64,000 nt of DNA from NCBI GenBank assembly GCA_964016885.1, contig OZ024743.1:347448001-347512000 (forward strand), read 5' to 3'. The position numbers and the translations under genes are program-made. Shown one piece after another: positions 28,773 to 40,230 of this stretch. The notes under the pieces are model-generated. The model saw only the letters and a program-made list of their open reading frames with translations. It was not told the DNA's origin and made no database searches. Position 1 is the first letter of the stretch. Every line of letters begins with the position of its first letter. This stretch comes from Eledone cirrhosa (taxonomy: Eukaryota).

Positions 28773-29764
28773 CAGGGATCGGAAACCCCCGGCCCGCGGG
28801 CCACACCCGGCCCTCGAGTGATTGTTGTCCGGCCCGTCATCTTACACTGGACACTAATTATCTAATTAGTATCGAATACAGATACAGTAGTTCACTTCAA
28901 GGTTGTGTCGACCTGATGCCCATCACAAATCGCTGCTCATACCGTATATATTTACAGATACCTTTGTAACCATATTATATTTTCCATTTATTATTATTTC
29001 CTCTTATCCATCTTTTTCTGCATTTTCCTCAGCGACTGGAAGGTATACTACCTTACGGTTCGCATGACTCGCTTTTATACCCATATTGTCATTCAGTAAT
29101 ATCACTCGTGAATTATTGTCGTCTTCGTTTGCCTGACCTTACCTGTGCCCCCCGGCACAAGGTAAAGCTCTCCTTGGAAAAATTACTTCGTTCCCTCCTC
29201 CCCAGAGTATTTACATTTGAGTTTGTTGTCTGGTGGTATAACAACTATACAGAAGGTATCTTAATTCGATAATAACGTTTATTTAATTATTTGTGATAAA
29301 TTGTGTGAATTATTATTATTAGAACTAGACCAAAAGTGGTTTAAAAAAACAAATGGCAACCCTGATCTAACAACGTCGTTAGAAACCTGGTTTTATATAA
29401 TTTATTCACAATTATCATATTTTATCGCATTACTGTATTTGCATTTACCATTTGTAACTGTATTTCGTTTGTAGCAAGGAATTTGCTTTTTTTTTTGTTG
29501 ATTGTGATAGTAGTTGTTTTTCTCTTATTCCTGCAGTAAAATAAGGAATTTGCTTTTTTTTTGTTGAATGTGTTTGTATTTTTTTTTTTTTTTTTTTTTT
29601 GTTATTCCTGCACTAAAATAAGGGGCCTTGTTAAAATAAAATTATATTAAATTCCTTGTTTTGCTTTAAACCTCCAGAAAATGTATTTACATATTTAATA
29701 TACATGGCCCTCCTCCATGACACTGCATAGCTGTTTGGCACTCTCTCTCCAAAAGGTTGCCGAC
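28773..29764. mobile_element. Non-autonomous hAT (Charlie-like) DNA transposon
   Basis: Left end CAGGGATCGGAAACC..CGGCCCGCGGGCC with GGCCC subterminal repeats; right end aaaaggttgccgac lacking its last bases; target tcctagaa / cctagaa. Confidence 0.75.
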
Positions 29765-30059
29765 CTAGAAGAATGCCCTGAGAAAGGCTAGGGGTCCTTC
29801 ACTCGCAGTGGTTTAACTGCGCGGTACATGCCTATATACATATTTACACAATTTCGGATGGCCGTTGAATCTTATTAGTTCTTCCGCCCTTTGTCAGGTT
29901 TTGTTTTTTATCCTGCAGGGTGTCCAAAATCACCCTCCTCACCAAGTAAACTTGGTGGGGTTGCCGGTTTAGTCGCCGACGATCCTACCATGCGACAGGT
30001 TGTACTGGGTTACATGTTACCAGTAGCACTCAAGAGTGACGCGACATATATTCATGTGA

Positions 30060-30265
30060 CATACATACATACATACATACATACATACATACATACATAC
30101 CTATCTATCTACATACATACATACATACATACATACATGCATACATGCATACATACATACATACATACATGCATACATACATACATACATACATACATAC
30201 ATACATACATACATACATACATACATACATACATACATACATACATACATACATACATACATACA
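30060..30265. repeat. (ACAT)n microsatellite
   Basis: Direct sequence. Confidence 0.97.
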
Positions 30266-33200
30266 ATGGCGACCGTTGTGGTCAGTGTCCGATAATTGGA
30301 CGTGTGTAATTACGGCTTACATGAAGGCAACATACCATATATTGGAAAAAGTTGAGCTACATTACGCGGTAAGATTACATACAATAATTCTACATAAGTG
30401 TTTGAACTGTAAGTGTGTTGTAAAACACCTATTTATATGAACGATACATACACTTATGATATATGAACGATACATACACTTTAACATATAAATGCAACGT
30501 TGTTATATTACATTTATAAAGAAATATAAAAGTAACGTTTTCGATTCAGAAACAAAAATATAAGTGTTTGAACTGTGAATGTTGTGAATATGTTGTAGAA
30601 CACCTATTTATATGAATGATACATAAACTTTAACATATAAATACAGCATTGTTATATTATATTACATTCGTAAAGGAATATACTAAGTAACGGTTCTTTT
30701 TGTTCTCGATTCAAACGATTCAAGAACAACGTTTAAAACACAGTTGTAGAATTAAAAACTAACTGAAAAGAAATATTACCCAAGCTGTGAATAACTTTAA
30801 ATTTGATTCTGACAGAACTTTGTCGTAACTTTTAAAGAAGATCATCGACTATTTAAAAAAAATAAATACAAAATATTAGTGAATAGACGAACTCATCATG
30901 GCAAAAAGTACAAGTCTCCTTCGACCAAATCGCAATTACAACCGTTGTATACAGTGGAGCTACGAGCTTAACAAAGAATTATATGAAGCATACAAACAAT
31001 CTGAACCCCAAAAGTTCGGTTTTATGCAAAGGCTAAAAACTTTATGGAACTCCAAACACCCAGAATTAGACTTTTCTCCAAAGCATCTAAATGAACAGGC
31101 AAAACGTATCATTAGATGTAAATTGATATATCTAACGGAATCGAGTGATACTACAAATACAGCCCTTGTAGACAACCACCCCACCTCCACTGACAGACAA
31201 AGAGAATGGCCGGCTAAATCTAACAGTGAACAGCTCACCAACAATTTTGCTGAAATCCATCCCACTTCCACTGAAGAACAGCGAGAAAGGTCAGCTGACT
31301 CTAGTAGTAATTGTCACCACATCAACAACGAGGCTGCAATTCATGACTCTACTGAACAAACAGAGCACCAAAAACTTGTGGGCACCCTACAAGTGATATG
31401 GAACGATATGTTTCAAGAGATACACAGCCTTAATGTGAGTGACAGACCATACAACACTAGAGTCAGTAAAGAACCCACTAAATTGGAATTGGAAGCGGTG
31501 AACGAAATAGCTGGCAATTATCTGAAGGCTATACGATCTAAAGGTGTAGAAACGACATTTGAAACGCTCAATGTTTTGTTATATGTTTCAGCTGTCACAT
31601 TGCTATCATATAACACACATCTAAAACCACGCAATCAAGATACAAACAGAAAGCCTGAACCAGCGTGGATGCGAAATTTAAAAACCAAAATGTTGTCCCT
31701 GAGACGAAGTATCTCACACATCGCAGTCGTTATGAAATGCAACATAGAGAGAAACTTCACACGACACCAGGAAGACCTAAAGAAAAAGTTAGAGAGACGA
31801 TTTGGAGATACCAAATTTAAAACTTTGAACTCCAAATTACACCAGTTGAAACAACAACTCACAGCTACAACAGAAAGACTAAAATATAAGTCAAAAGCCC
31901 ATAAACGACAAGTGCTAAATAGATTGTTTGCCAGAGATCCTAAATCAGTTTATCGCAGCTTCGGTGGCAAAAGCTCAATCCCTGTAAACGACACCCCTTC
32001 AAAAGAACAGGTTGAGAACTACTGGAGATCTGTATGGGAAACGGATGACGGATTCAACAGACAAGCTAATTGGCTAAAACAACTGGAACAGGACTACTGC
32101 CAACATGTCCAGACAAAACAATATGACATAGATGGGTCAATACTGGAAACAGCTCTACAGAAAATGTCGAATAGGAAATCGCCAGGCCCAGACCTCATTA
32201 CAGGATACTGGTTGAAGAATTTCACTTTCTATCGGCAAGATCTCATACGGCTGTTTACAGAAACCATTAAGGGCACACAAGAACTGCCCAGATGGTTATC
32301 AACTGCCACTACTCTCCTCATTCCCCAAAATAGCCAAACCACCCTTGCTAAAAATTACCGCCCAATTGCCTGCCAAAACATCATGTATAAATTATATACT
32401 GGGTGCCTTAACCTGTTCTTACAGGATCACTGTGCTACCAACAACATCATAACACCTGAGCAAGCTGGTGGAAAGAGGGAGGTGTGGGGTTGCATAGATC
32501 ACCTACTAACTAACAAAATGATTCAGGAAAAAACAACAAAGAATCGCAGAAACATGACTGTCGTGTGGCTGGACTATCAAAAAGCATTTGATAGTGTACC
32601 TCATGGGTGGATTATTAAGGCTTTACAGTTAGCTAAAGTCCCACAACCATTAGTAGCTGCTGTTGAACGCCTGACCAAGAACTGGTACACCAATTTGATC
32701 CTTAGAGGTGAGAAGGAGCAGGTTAAGACTGATAGGATACATTACCAGAAGGGCATCTTTCAGGGTGATAGCTTGTCAGTACTACTCTTCGTTCTCTCAC
32801 TGAATCCACTATCTTACCTACTCAGGAAACAAGGTGGACAAAGAAGTGGGCCCAGAAGTATCTCCCATCTTTTCTTTGTTGATGACCTGAAGTTGTATGG
32901 GCCAAATATCAATGACATCAAGAAACAATTGGACCTCATTACACAATTTTCAACCGACATCAAAATGAAATTTGGTGAGTCCAAGTGTGCATATTTGGCA
33001 GTAAAACGTGGAAGAGCTGTGCCCTCCTCTAGAAATCTAGATATGAACGGCCTGACAATACAACCTCTGCAGTCAGGTGACAACTACAGATATCTTGGAC
33101 AGGATGAGAATGTCAGATATGATGGACCCATAAATAAGGAGAGAACCAGAACTGAATACCTCAGAAGAGTAAAAAAAATATGGTCATCAGAACTGTCAGC

Positions 33201-34487
33201 ATACAACAAATACATTGCCCACAATACCTATGCTGTGCCAATTATAACGCCAACATTTGGCCTACTGAACTGGTCATTGCAAGAACTAAGTGAGATGGAT
33301 GTTAGAACTCGTAAACTTCTCAGTGTTACTGGGAACTTTAACATCAATGGTGATGTGGATAGGCTATACTTCTCACGCAAGGAAGGTGGCCGGGGTCTAA
33401 AATCAATATTAACAACATATGAGACCCGGATAGTAACACTGAAGCAACACCTTCAACAGAGGAAAAAGGTTGGCGACCATCTTGCTCAGGTTTATGAGCA
33501 TGAAAAAAGAAATATCATTAGAATAGCGACTGATCTGGAGGAGAGATATGGAATAAAGCCTGATATAAATCTCTCACCCAGAGAAATCGGAAGATCCTAT
33601 TCAATGTTCAAACAAGAAAAAAAAATTGACCAATTTACAAAGAAAGTTGTGCATGGATACTTGAGGCGTAAAACACAGACCATAGAGGGGATAAACCACT
33701 CAAAAAGCCTGGCATGGAGTTCCGACAAGTTTATGACATCACACCTTGAGGGATATCTCTATGCAATACAGGAACAAGAACTCCCTACCAAATATCTGCT
33801 GCACAAAAGAGGAGGGCCAGCAGCTGACAATAAATGTAGGCTATGTAAAACAAAGATCGAGGATGTAAGCCACATTGTTGCCAGCTGCGAAAGAATGTCA
33901 TCTCGCTACTACCTCCCCACGAGACACGATGGGATAGCTAGAACTATCTGGAACGCACTTCGGAAAACAAAATTAACAACAAACGAGGAAGAATATATTG
34001 AGACAGATGGCACTAAGGAATACTGGTGGAACCTGAAAATAAAAACTGCCACCAAATTAAAGCACAACCGGCCTGATATTGTAGTTTGGGACCACACATT
34101 GAAAACGTGTTCTGTTGTGGAGATCAGCTGCCCACTTGATGTAAACGTTGTCAGAAAAATACAGGAGAAGGAGGACATCTACGGACCATTGATGAGGAGC
34201 TTACAAATCCAGTATCCAAGATACACCTTTAGCTTCATACCCATCATTATTGGTGCTACGGGTTATATACCAACCCGCTTGGACCAAAGTATGACCGAAC
34301 TTGGATTTGCGGATAAAAAGCGCAGCTCCCTAATTCATAGTCTACAAATGGCTGCGATAGCTGGCACCTTCAAAATATGCAAAACATTCTTGCGATTCAA
34401 GGGATGACAATTTCTTTTCTTTTACAACCTTGCCACCAGGAAGGTGGCCGGTCAAAAAAATATACTCGAAATTAAGAGAAAGAGAAA
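30266..34487 (+). mobile_element. Full-length R4/Dong-clade non-LTR retrotransposon
   Basis: ~630 bp 5' UTR, single intact ORF, short 3' UTR with hairpin gccacc aggaa ggtggc; 27 bp duplication 30091-30117 / 34488-34514. Confidence 0.88.
30898..34407 (+). CDS. RT + restriction-like endonuclease polyprotein (1169 aa, uninterrupted)
   Basis: KSPGPD, NYRPIAC, LDYQKAFDSVPH, GIFQGDSLS, FVDD, YRYLG; CRLC..HIVASC Zn knuckle, RHD, RPDIVVWD, VEISCP (PD-(D/E) RLE). Confidence 0.93.
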   Translation: MAKSTSLLRPNRNYNRCIQWSYELNKELYEAYKQSEPQKFGFMQRLKTLWNSKHPELDFSPKHLNEQAKRIIRCKLIYLTESSDTTNTALVDNHPTSTDRQREWPAKSNSEQLTNNFAEIHPTSTEEQRERSADSSSNCHHINNEAAIHDSTEQTEHQKLVGTLQVIWNDMFQEIHSLNVSDRPYNTRVSKEPTKLELEAVNEIAGNYLKAIRSKGVETTFETLNVLLYVSAVTLLSYNTHLKPRNQDTNRKPEPAWMRNLKTKMLSLRRSISHIAVVMKCNIERNFTRHQEDLKKKLERRFGDTKFKTLNSKLHQLKQQLTATTERLKYKSKAHKRQVLNRLFARDPKSVYRSFGGKSSIPVNDTPSKEQVENYWRSVWETDDGFNRQANWLKQLEQDYCQHVQTKQYDIDGSILETALQKMSNRKSPGPDLITGYWLKNFTFYRQDLIRLFTETIKGTQELPRWLSTATTLLIPQNSQTTLAKNYRPIACQNIMYKLYTGCLNLFLQDHCATNNIITPEQAGGKREVWGCIDHLLTNKMIQEKTTKNRRNMTVVWLDYQKAFDSVPHGWIIKALQLAKVPQPLVAAVERLTKNWYTNLILRGEKEQVKTDRIHYQKGIFQGDSLSVLLFVLSLNPLSYLLRKQGGQRSGPRSISHLFFVDDLKLYGPNINDIKKQLDLITQFSTDIKMKFGESKCAYLAVKRGRAVPSSRNLDMNGLTIQPLQSGDNYRYLGQDENVRYDGPINKERTRTEYLRRVKKIWSSELSAYNKYIAHNTYAVPIITPTFGLLNWSLQELSEMDVRTRKLLSVTGNFNINGDVDRLYFSRKEGGRGLKSILTTYETRIVTLKQHLQQRKKVGDHLAQVYEHEKRNIIRIATDLEERYGIKPDINLSPREIGRSYSMFKQEKKIDQFTKKVVHGYLRRKTQTIEGINHSKSLAWSSDKFMTSHLEGYLYAIQEQELPTKYLLHKRGGPAADNKCRLCKTKIEDVSHIVASCERMSSRYYLPTRHDGIARTIWNALRKTKLTTNEEEYIETDGTKEYWWNLKIKTATKLKHNRPDIVVWDHTLKTCSVVEISCPLDVNVVRKIQEKEDIYGPLMRSLQIQYPRYTFSFIPIIIGATGYIPTRLDQSMTELGFADKKRSSLIHSLQMAAIAGTFKICKTFLRFKG

Positions 34488-34970
34488 ACATACATACCTA
34501 TCTATCTACATACACATATTATATGCAGTTAGACAACTAGTTAGGGGATTGTATCCAATAAACCAACTAATAGATCTCGAAGTACTGTGAAGCAAGCATT
34601 CAAAAGCCTGAATCATCCCAGATTAACAATTGGAGTATATACATGGGGGAACATATATAGTGAAATAATGATTTAATTAGTGACCCTATTTCTCTACACC
34701 GGGTTCTCCCGAGGACCAGGGGAGGATAAAAACTATGTTCAGAAGACCATCAATAGACAGGATTGATTCACTGCATAGTCGTCAAACCATTTGTAATGGA
34801 AAATTTCCGAATAATTTGTTGTAAAAAGCAATTATGCATAGTTATGCGTCATTACACATTCAGAAACAAACACACACACTCTCTAACACACACACATCAC
34901 ATACACACACGCATATGCACACACACATACACACACACCCATATATTTATATATATATATATATATATAT

Positions 34971-35130
34971 ATTGTTATACTTTTCAGGGTCACGCTGCAA
35001 ACAAAAACATACGCAGCTATTGGCGTTCACTTCAATTTATCATACATTTCCAGTTGGTTAGTTTAATAACCGGATGCTTGTTTACTTGTTCATTTCCAAA
35101 GCTTTTTTGTCACACATTCTATGACCAAAA
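34971..35130 (-). mobile_element. Decayed family C pLTR end
   Basis: attgttatacttttcagggtca..catttccagttggtt..aaagctttttgtcacacattctatgacc, homologous to 23995-24180. Confidence 0.65.
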
Positions 35131-35475
35131 GAGAGACAGGAAATAAGAAATGTTTACAATATTCATAATAATTGTAACTATTTGGTTGGTTTTCAAAGCC
35201 TTAGGGAAATTTCAAATTTGAAAATAAGTAAGCCACAATCAAGACAACTATAGATATAATTGATCATTATAAATAATATATAAATAAGTCGGTTAAAAGT
35301 AACCTGGAGACGGAAAGTATTGGACAGTCACGTCTACGTGAATTGGGTTACGTCAGCTTGGTAGTTGTATAATACAGTATGGAAAAGTATAAGGATAAAA
35401 TTTGGATAGTCGTTAGCTAATTGTCAGTGTCGGTAGACGTTAGGACTAATTGTATTGCATTGTTCCACTATCTAA

Positions 35476-35670
35476 GGGCAGTGGGTTGGCAGTATCGGTA
35501 GAGCGTCAGACACCATGCTGTACAGCATATAATTATCGCCCGTTGCATTATGAGTTCAAATCTCGCTGAGGTTAGCTTTGCCTTTCATCCTAACTCTGTC
35601 CGATAGAATAAAGTACCAGTAATGCATTGGTGTAATTGCTGGCCTTGTTCCAAAAGTAGAAAGCAATTAT
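35476..35670 (+). mobile_element. tRNA-derived SINE
   Basis: A-box tggcagtatcgg, B-box gttcaaatct, core and tail. Confidence 0.88.
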
Positions 35671-35711
35671 TCCGCTATCTAGCTCCTTGCGAGTTCAAAA
35701 TCTGACTATGT

Positions 35712-35994
35712 GAACTTTACTTTTCAATCTTTCGAAATCAAAAAATTATGTACCAGCCATTGGTAGCTGATTCACAGAAACATCTGAGCGTCAAAGGTGA
35801 CGTGTAATATTTGTCCCAGCCCCTTGTGTTCTTAGTTCAAATCTCGCTGTGACAAACTTAAGAATCGCGTACTTTAACCCACAACTCTTAACCCAAATAT
35901 TACACGTCACCTTTGACGCTCAGATGTTTCTGTGAATCAGCTACCAATGGCTGGTACATCATTTTTTTATTTCGAAAGATTGAAAAGTAAAGTT
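35712..35994. repeat. ~100 bp inverted duplication (35712-35812 / 35894-35994)
   Basis: gtaccagccattggtagctgattcacagaaacatctgagcgtcaaaggtgacgtgtaatatttg is an exact reverse complement of the right arm. Confidence 0.9.
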
Positions 35995-36850
35995 CTTGCA
36001 TGCTTTTACCGAAGTCAACTAAAGCAAGCATTCATGTTTGGCATGCCGTTTGAAGATACCAATCTTTCTCTCACTCATTCTCTCTTTCTCTGTGTGTTTC
36101 TCGCCAATCCCCTCCTCTCTCTAACTGGTTTTGAAAACCCCGAAAATAGACATGGGTTCCCTCCTAGGCTAAATATAAAAAATATTCATGTCTGAAATGG
36201 TAAAGTGTAGAGTGCGTTTGATAATAGGTCTGCAGAATCATAAATGGTGTTTGCTTAAACAAAAACAACATCTGATCTAATACATTGGTGTGACATTGCG
36301 TAGAGTGAATACCAAAGAGGTTTTAGAAATGTCTTCTGTCATTTCAGCAAGAGTTAGGAAACTGAGAGCAGACACAAAACTGTTTTATAAAATTATAGAA
36401 ATACCAGCGTTCATACATAAATACCATATATTTATTTATATAGTAACATATATGTGTGTTACTATAAACACAAGCGCAGGGGCGCATATGCAGAAAGACA
36501 TAAGTAGTATACACATGTAAATAAATAGGTAAATGTGAAATTCTCTCTCCCCATCTCTCTCTCACTCACCCCCCTCTCTCTTTCTCTCTCTCTTTTTCGG
36601 TCTCTGTACATATACTTGTACATATACATATTAAAATGAACACAAAGACTCAAACATACATATATATATACATATATCTATATCTGTGTGTGGAGGGGGA
36701 GTGTATGTGTGTGTGTGTGTGAGTCTGTGTGTATGGATGTATGCGTATAAATATATATGTATATATATATATCTATATCTATATATATGTGTGTGTGTAT
36801 ATATATGTATATATATATGTATATATATATGAATATATATATGTATATAT

Positions 36851-37040
36851 AAAGGAGTCGGAATCCAGACGGCTGAGCTCTTGCCGTTTTCACATCTAGT
36901 TCCAGACTGCAGTCTTGATCTAGATGTTGAAACGGCTTGAGCTCAGCCGTCGGGATCCCGACTCTTTCATTTAACCATACTCCACCCCAAGTATCGAGTA
37001 ATCTGGTGAGTAATCGTCTACACACGTTTTTACTGTATCC
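36851..37040 (+). mobile_element. Small fold-back (36851-36967) with HHR 3' half and one-sided tail
   Basis: GAAA-cggc ttgagctca gccg-TC at 36929-36951; related to 17668-17690. Confidence 0.65.
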
Positions 37041-37055
37041 ATATTTATATATATG

Positions 37056-37194
<139 letters not shown>

Positions 37195-37249
37195 TTATAT
37201 ATATTTATATGTATCCATATATATATATATATGTATCCATATATATATA

Positions 37250-37371
<122 letters not shown>

Positions 37372-37374
37372 GAT

Positions 37375-37806
37375 ATGTAAATATACACGGGTGTATATGA
37401 TTGTGTATAGAAGATTATATTAATAAGAGGAATTCCAACTTTGTCTGATTTACTCGTTTTATTTACAATCCTTTAAGATATATAATGGTATTATAATGAA
37501 ATAGTATGATAGAATATTAAATTCTAAGTGTTAATTGAACAAGTACTTTCATGCTTTCGCAATCTTCAGGTTCATAATATGTGGTGACATTCGAGTTTGC
37601 AATTTTCAACAGTTGAAAATTGCAAACTCGATTGTCACCACATATTATGAACCTGAAAATTGCGAAAGCATGAAAGTACTTGTTCAATTAACACTTAGAA
37701 TTTAATATTCTATCATACTATTTCATTATAATACCATTATATAATTTAAAGGATTGTAAATAAAACGAGTAAATGAGACAAAGTTGGAACTCCTCTTATT
37801 AATATA
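37375..37806 (-). mobile_element. HHR-bearing fold-back element (hairpin 37416-37806, centre 37611, tail 37375-37415)
   Basis: ~195 bp arms, 1 nt loop, few mismatches, (TA)n on both sides. Confidence 0.92.
37536..37574 (-). ncRNA. Minimal hammerhead, intact (mirror copy at 37648-37686 has CTGAAAA)
   Basis: tgaac-CTGAAGA-t tgc gaaa gca t-GAAA-gtac-TT-gttca. Confidence 0.85.
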
Positions 37807-37815
37807 TATATATAT

Positions 37816-37877
<62 letters not shown>

Positions 37878-38289
37878 ATATATATATATATATATATATA
37901 TTACCGAAGTGGCGTTTCGACCGCAAGTTCAGGCGCCGTCGGCTAGTTACCTCTTCTAACTAGCCGAAACATCCTGAGCTCGCGGACGATGATGTACTTC
38001 ACCATACCCACTATGCATCATACCATACATCGAGCATTACTCTGAATTGTAGTGTTCCTAGCACACGTGCTGCCATCTACCACTATATATCCATACGTGT
38101 AGATATATACATATGTGTTTCATGCGTTATAGCAACTGCGTAGACGTCACCCACATGTTTGTGTTGCATGTCATTCCGGATATTTGTTTTTCCTGGGACT
38201 GTGAAGATATTACCAACACACAGCTTCAGTTGAGGCGCGCTTCCCATCTTATGCGTGTGCTTAAAATATATGTTGAGCTGGCAGTGGAT

Positions 38290-39030
38290 GTGTGGTGCTA
38301 GTCAGTTTGACATTCTGCAATTAATATCATCCTGTCGCAAGATTATGTAGTTGATTAGTTGCCAAGGTGTTGACCGTGGGTGCATCTAGGTCGTGGCTGC
38401 ATCTAGGTTATAGATGCATCTAGATCATGGCTGCATCTAGATCGTGGCTGCATCTAGGTCGTGGCTGCATCTAGGCCGTGGCTGCATCTAGCACGTGACT
38501 GCATTCTGCGGAAAGTTTGTGTTTGTAATGAAAGGCTCCTGCTCAGCACAAAATTCCAGAAGTAGCTGACTGTTGTCATGACGTTTCCCACACCATGTCT
38601 CCCGACCACATCCTTCCACATTTGAACATGCGGCCTACTCTTGCGGTGAAATCCCCGATTAGGAGGATTTTGTTATAAACAGAACATTCCTTATATCTGA
38701 ATATAACCTGTGCTTCTACACTGCCAGAAGCATCGGGGCGTAGAAGCTAAGTGTAGTATGATGCCGGTCAGGGAGAGGAAGGCGCATGTGACTGTGGCCT
38801 GTTGGATGGTGAGACAGTTTGGAGCCGATGGACCATGAAGCAAACTCCTGTGAGGAGTTTCATTCCTTTGTTTTTCCTTTTCAGTAGCCTGCGCCATGCC
38901 CCCACAGCCTTCCCTCATTTAGGAAACGAACATCAGGTGCCACAACATCGATAACCAGTCTAGGGAGTTCATGAGTGACTGAGGTCGAGCGGTGATCTGG
39001 ACGTTTTCTATTTGCAGTGTCAAGCAAGTT
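38290..39030 (-). mobile_element. Decayed RTE/BovB-type LINE, APE endonuclease region
   Basis: Minus strand RPDHRS..HEL.R..IDVVA, GDFTARVG, VVGRHGVG..DNSQLLLEFCAEQ..ITNT.F, MHPRS..WQLINYII. Confidence 0.8.
38381..38505. repeat. 17 bp tandem array (GCATCTAGGTCGTGGCT) x ~7
   Basis: Direct sequence. Confidence 0.9.
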
Positions 39031-39094
39031 TCTGAAGTTCCAGCATGCTTTGTTAAATGTGAAGTTCGGCCAAACGTTACTGGAGTTTGGGACA

Positions 39095-39897
39095 TGTTTA
39101 TTCCAGAAATCCCTTGCTTGGCAGTGCTACCGGGGGGCACTGCCTGTTCGGGATAAACTCTACAGGCACGGAAGTGCTGTCGGACGGACCTGCCCAAGAT
39201 GCGCACAGAGCGACGAAACCGTTTGCACGCACTTGTCCAATGTCCGTGCATTACTGACTTGTGGAGTTATGTCGATTAGCTACTGTCGCGTGAAGAACGG
39301 ATCCGGCTATCGACCGAGTCCATAGTGAATATCGACCCGCCACCTTCCTTAGGTCAGAAAAATCAGGAAATGTTCCTCTGTCTTGTGGCCGTTGCGAAAG
39401 AGGTTATATGGTGGACCAGATTAAAATGACTGAAGACAGACACTTTTCTCTTCGGCCAATCCCTCATCAACTTCTTCAAGTTTCACCTGGAAAGGAAGAT
39501 GAGGGTAGAGAGTGAAGTGCTGCCCCCCAGTACATTTGCTAAAAGGGGGATGAATGTGGCGAGAATGGCCCGTGTGAATGGGCCTATCTGACCATGCGCC
39601 TAGAGGCTAGCTAACTTGAGGAGAGGAGTGCTCTCCCTGGATGCCCTAGAAGCGCAGGGTGGTTCAGGATTTTGGTGGGGTACCTGAGTCACCCCAGTAT
39701 CGTCCACCCCCTATCGGTGAATTTATTTTGTTATATTTATGCATAGTTTATTTTTTATTTTTTTATATATTCATTGTTAATTAGGCTTGCGATTGTGCAC
39801 TTTTATTCGACCTTATTGTAAACACTCACCGTCCCTGGCTTTGTATTGTCCCCTACCTGTCGGCCCTTGATGCTAGTAAATGAAATCATTATTATTA
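39095..39897 (+). mobile_element. Tx1/L1-type LINE 3' fragment (subfamily with a different 3' UTR)
   Basis: FQKSLAWQCYRGALPVRDKLYRHG..CPRC..ET homologous to 46475-46985; ends ggcccttgatgctagtaaatgaaatc(ATT)3. Confidence 0.88.
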
Positions 39898-39898
39898 A

Positions 39899-40183
39899 TG
39901 GCCCGAGTGAATACTCTGAGTATGTGTCTGTAAATTAAAGGTAGAAAACTGGGAGAGGGCACTTGCCCTGGTGGTCAGGGTCACTGTGGCTTTTTAATGG
40001 GCTTTCTCCAGGAATGGCCCTCGGAAGTCTCCCCCGTATTGGGGAATTTTTCATTGTTATTTTTTTGTTACATCCTGTTTTAGTTTTTTTTTAACGCAGA
40101 AATGCCCATTTGTACCGTCCTGTATTGTCCTGAACCGTCCTTAATGTCTACTTTATGTAAACCCTTGTGGTCAATAAAGAAAG

Positions 40184-40223
<40 letters not shown>

Positions 40224-40230
40224 GTTGTTA
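39899..40230 (+). mobile_element. 5'-truncated copy of the 41461-47281 Tx1 3' end
   Basis: Near-identical to 46945-47281; (TTA)n tail. Confidence 0.9.

Noticed and set aside
37905-37995. Imperfect GC-rich hairpin next to (TA)n with GAAAC motifs
   Set aside because: Probably another decayed fold-back, but the HHR core is not recoverable
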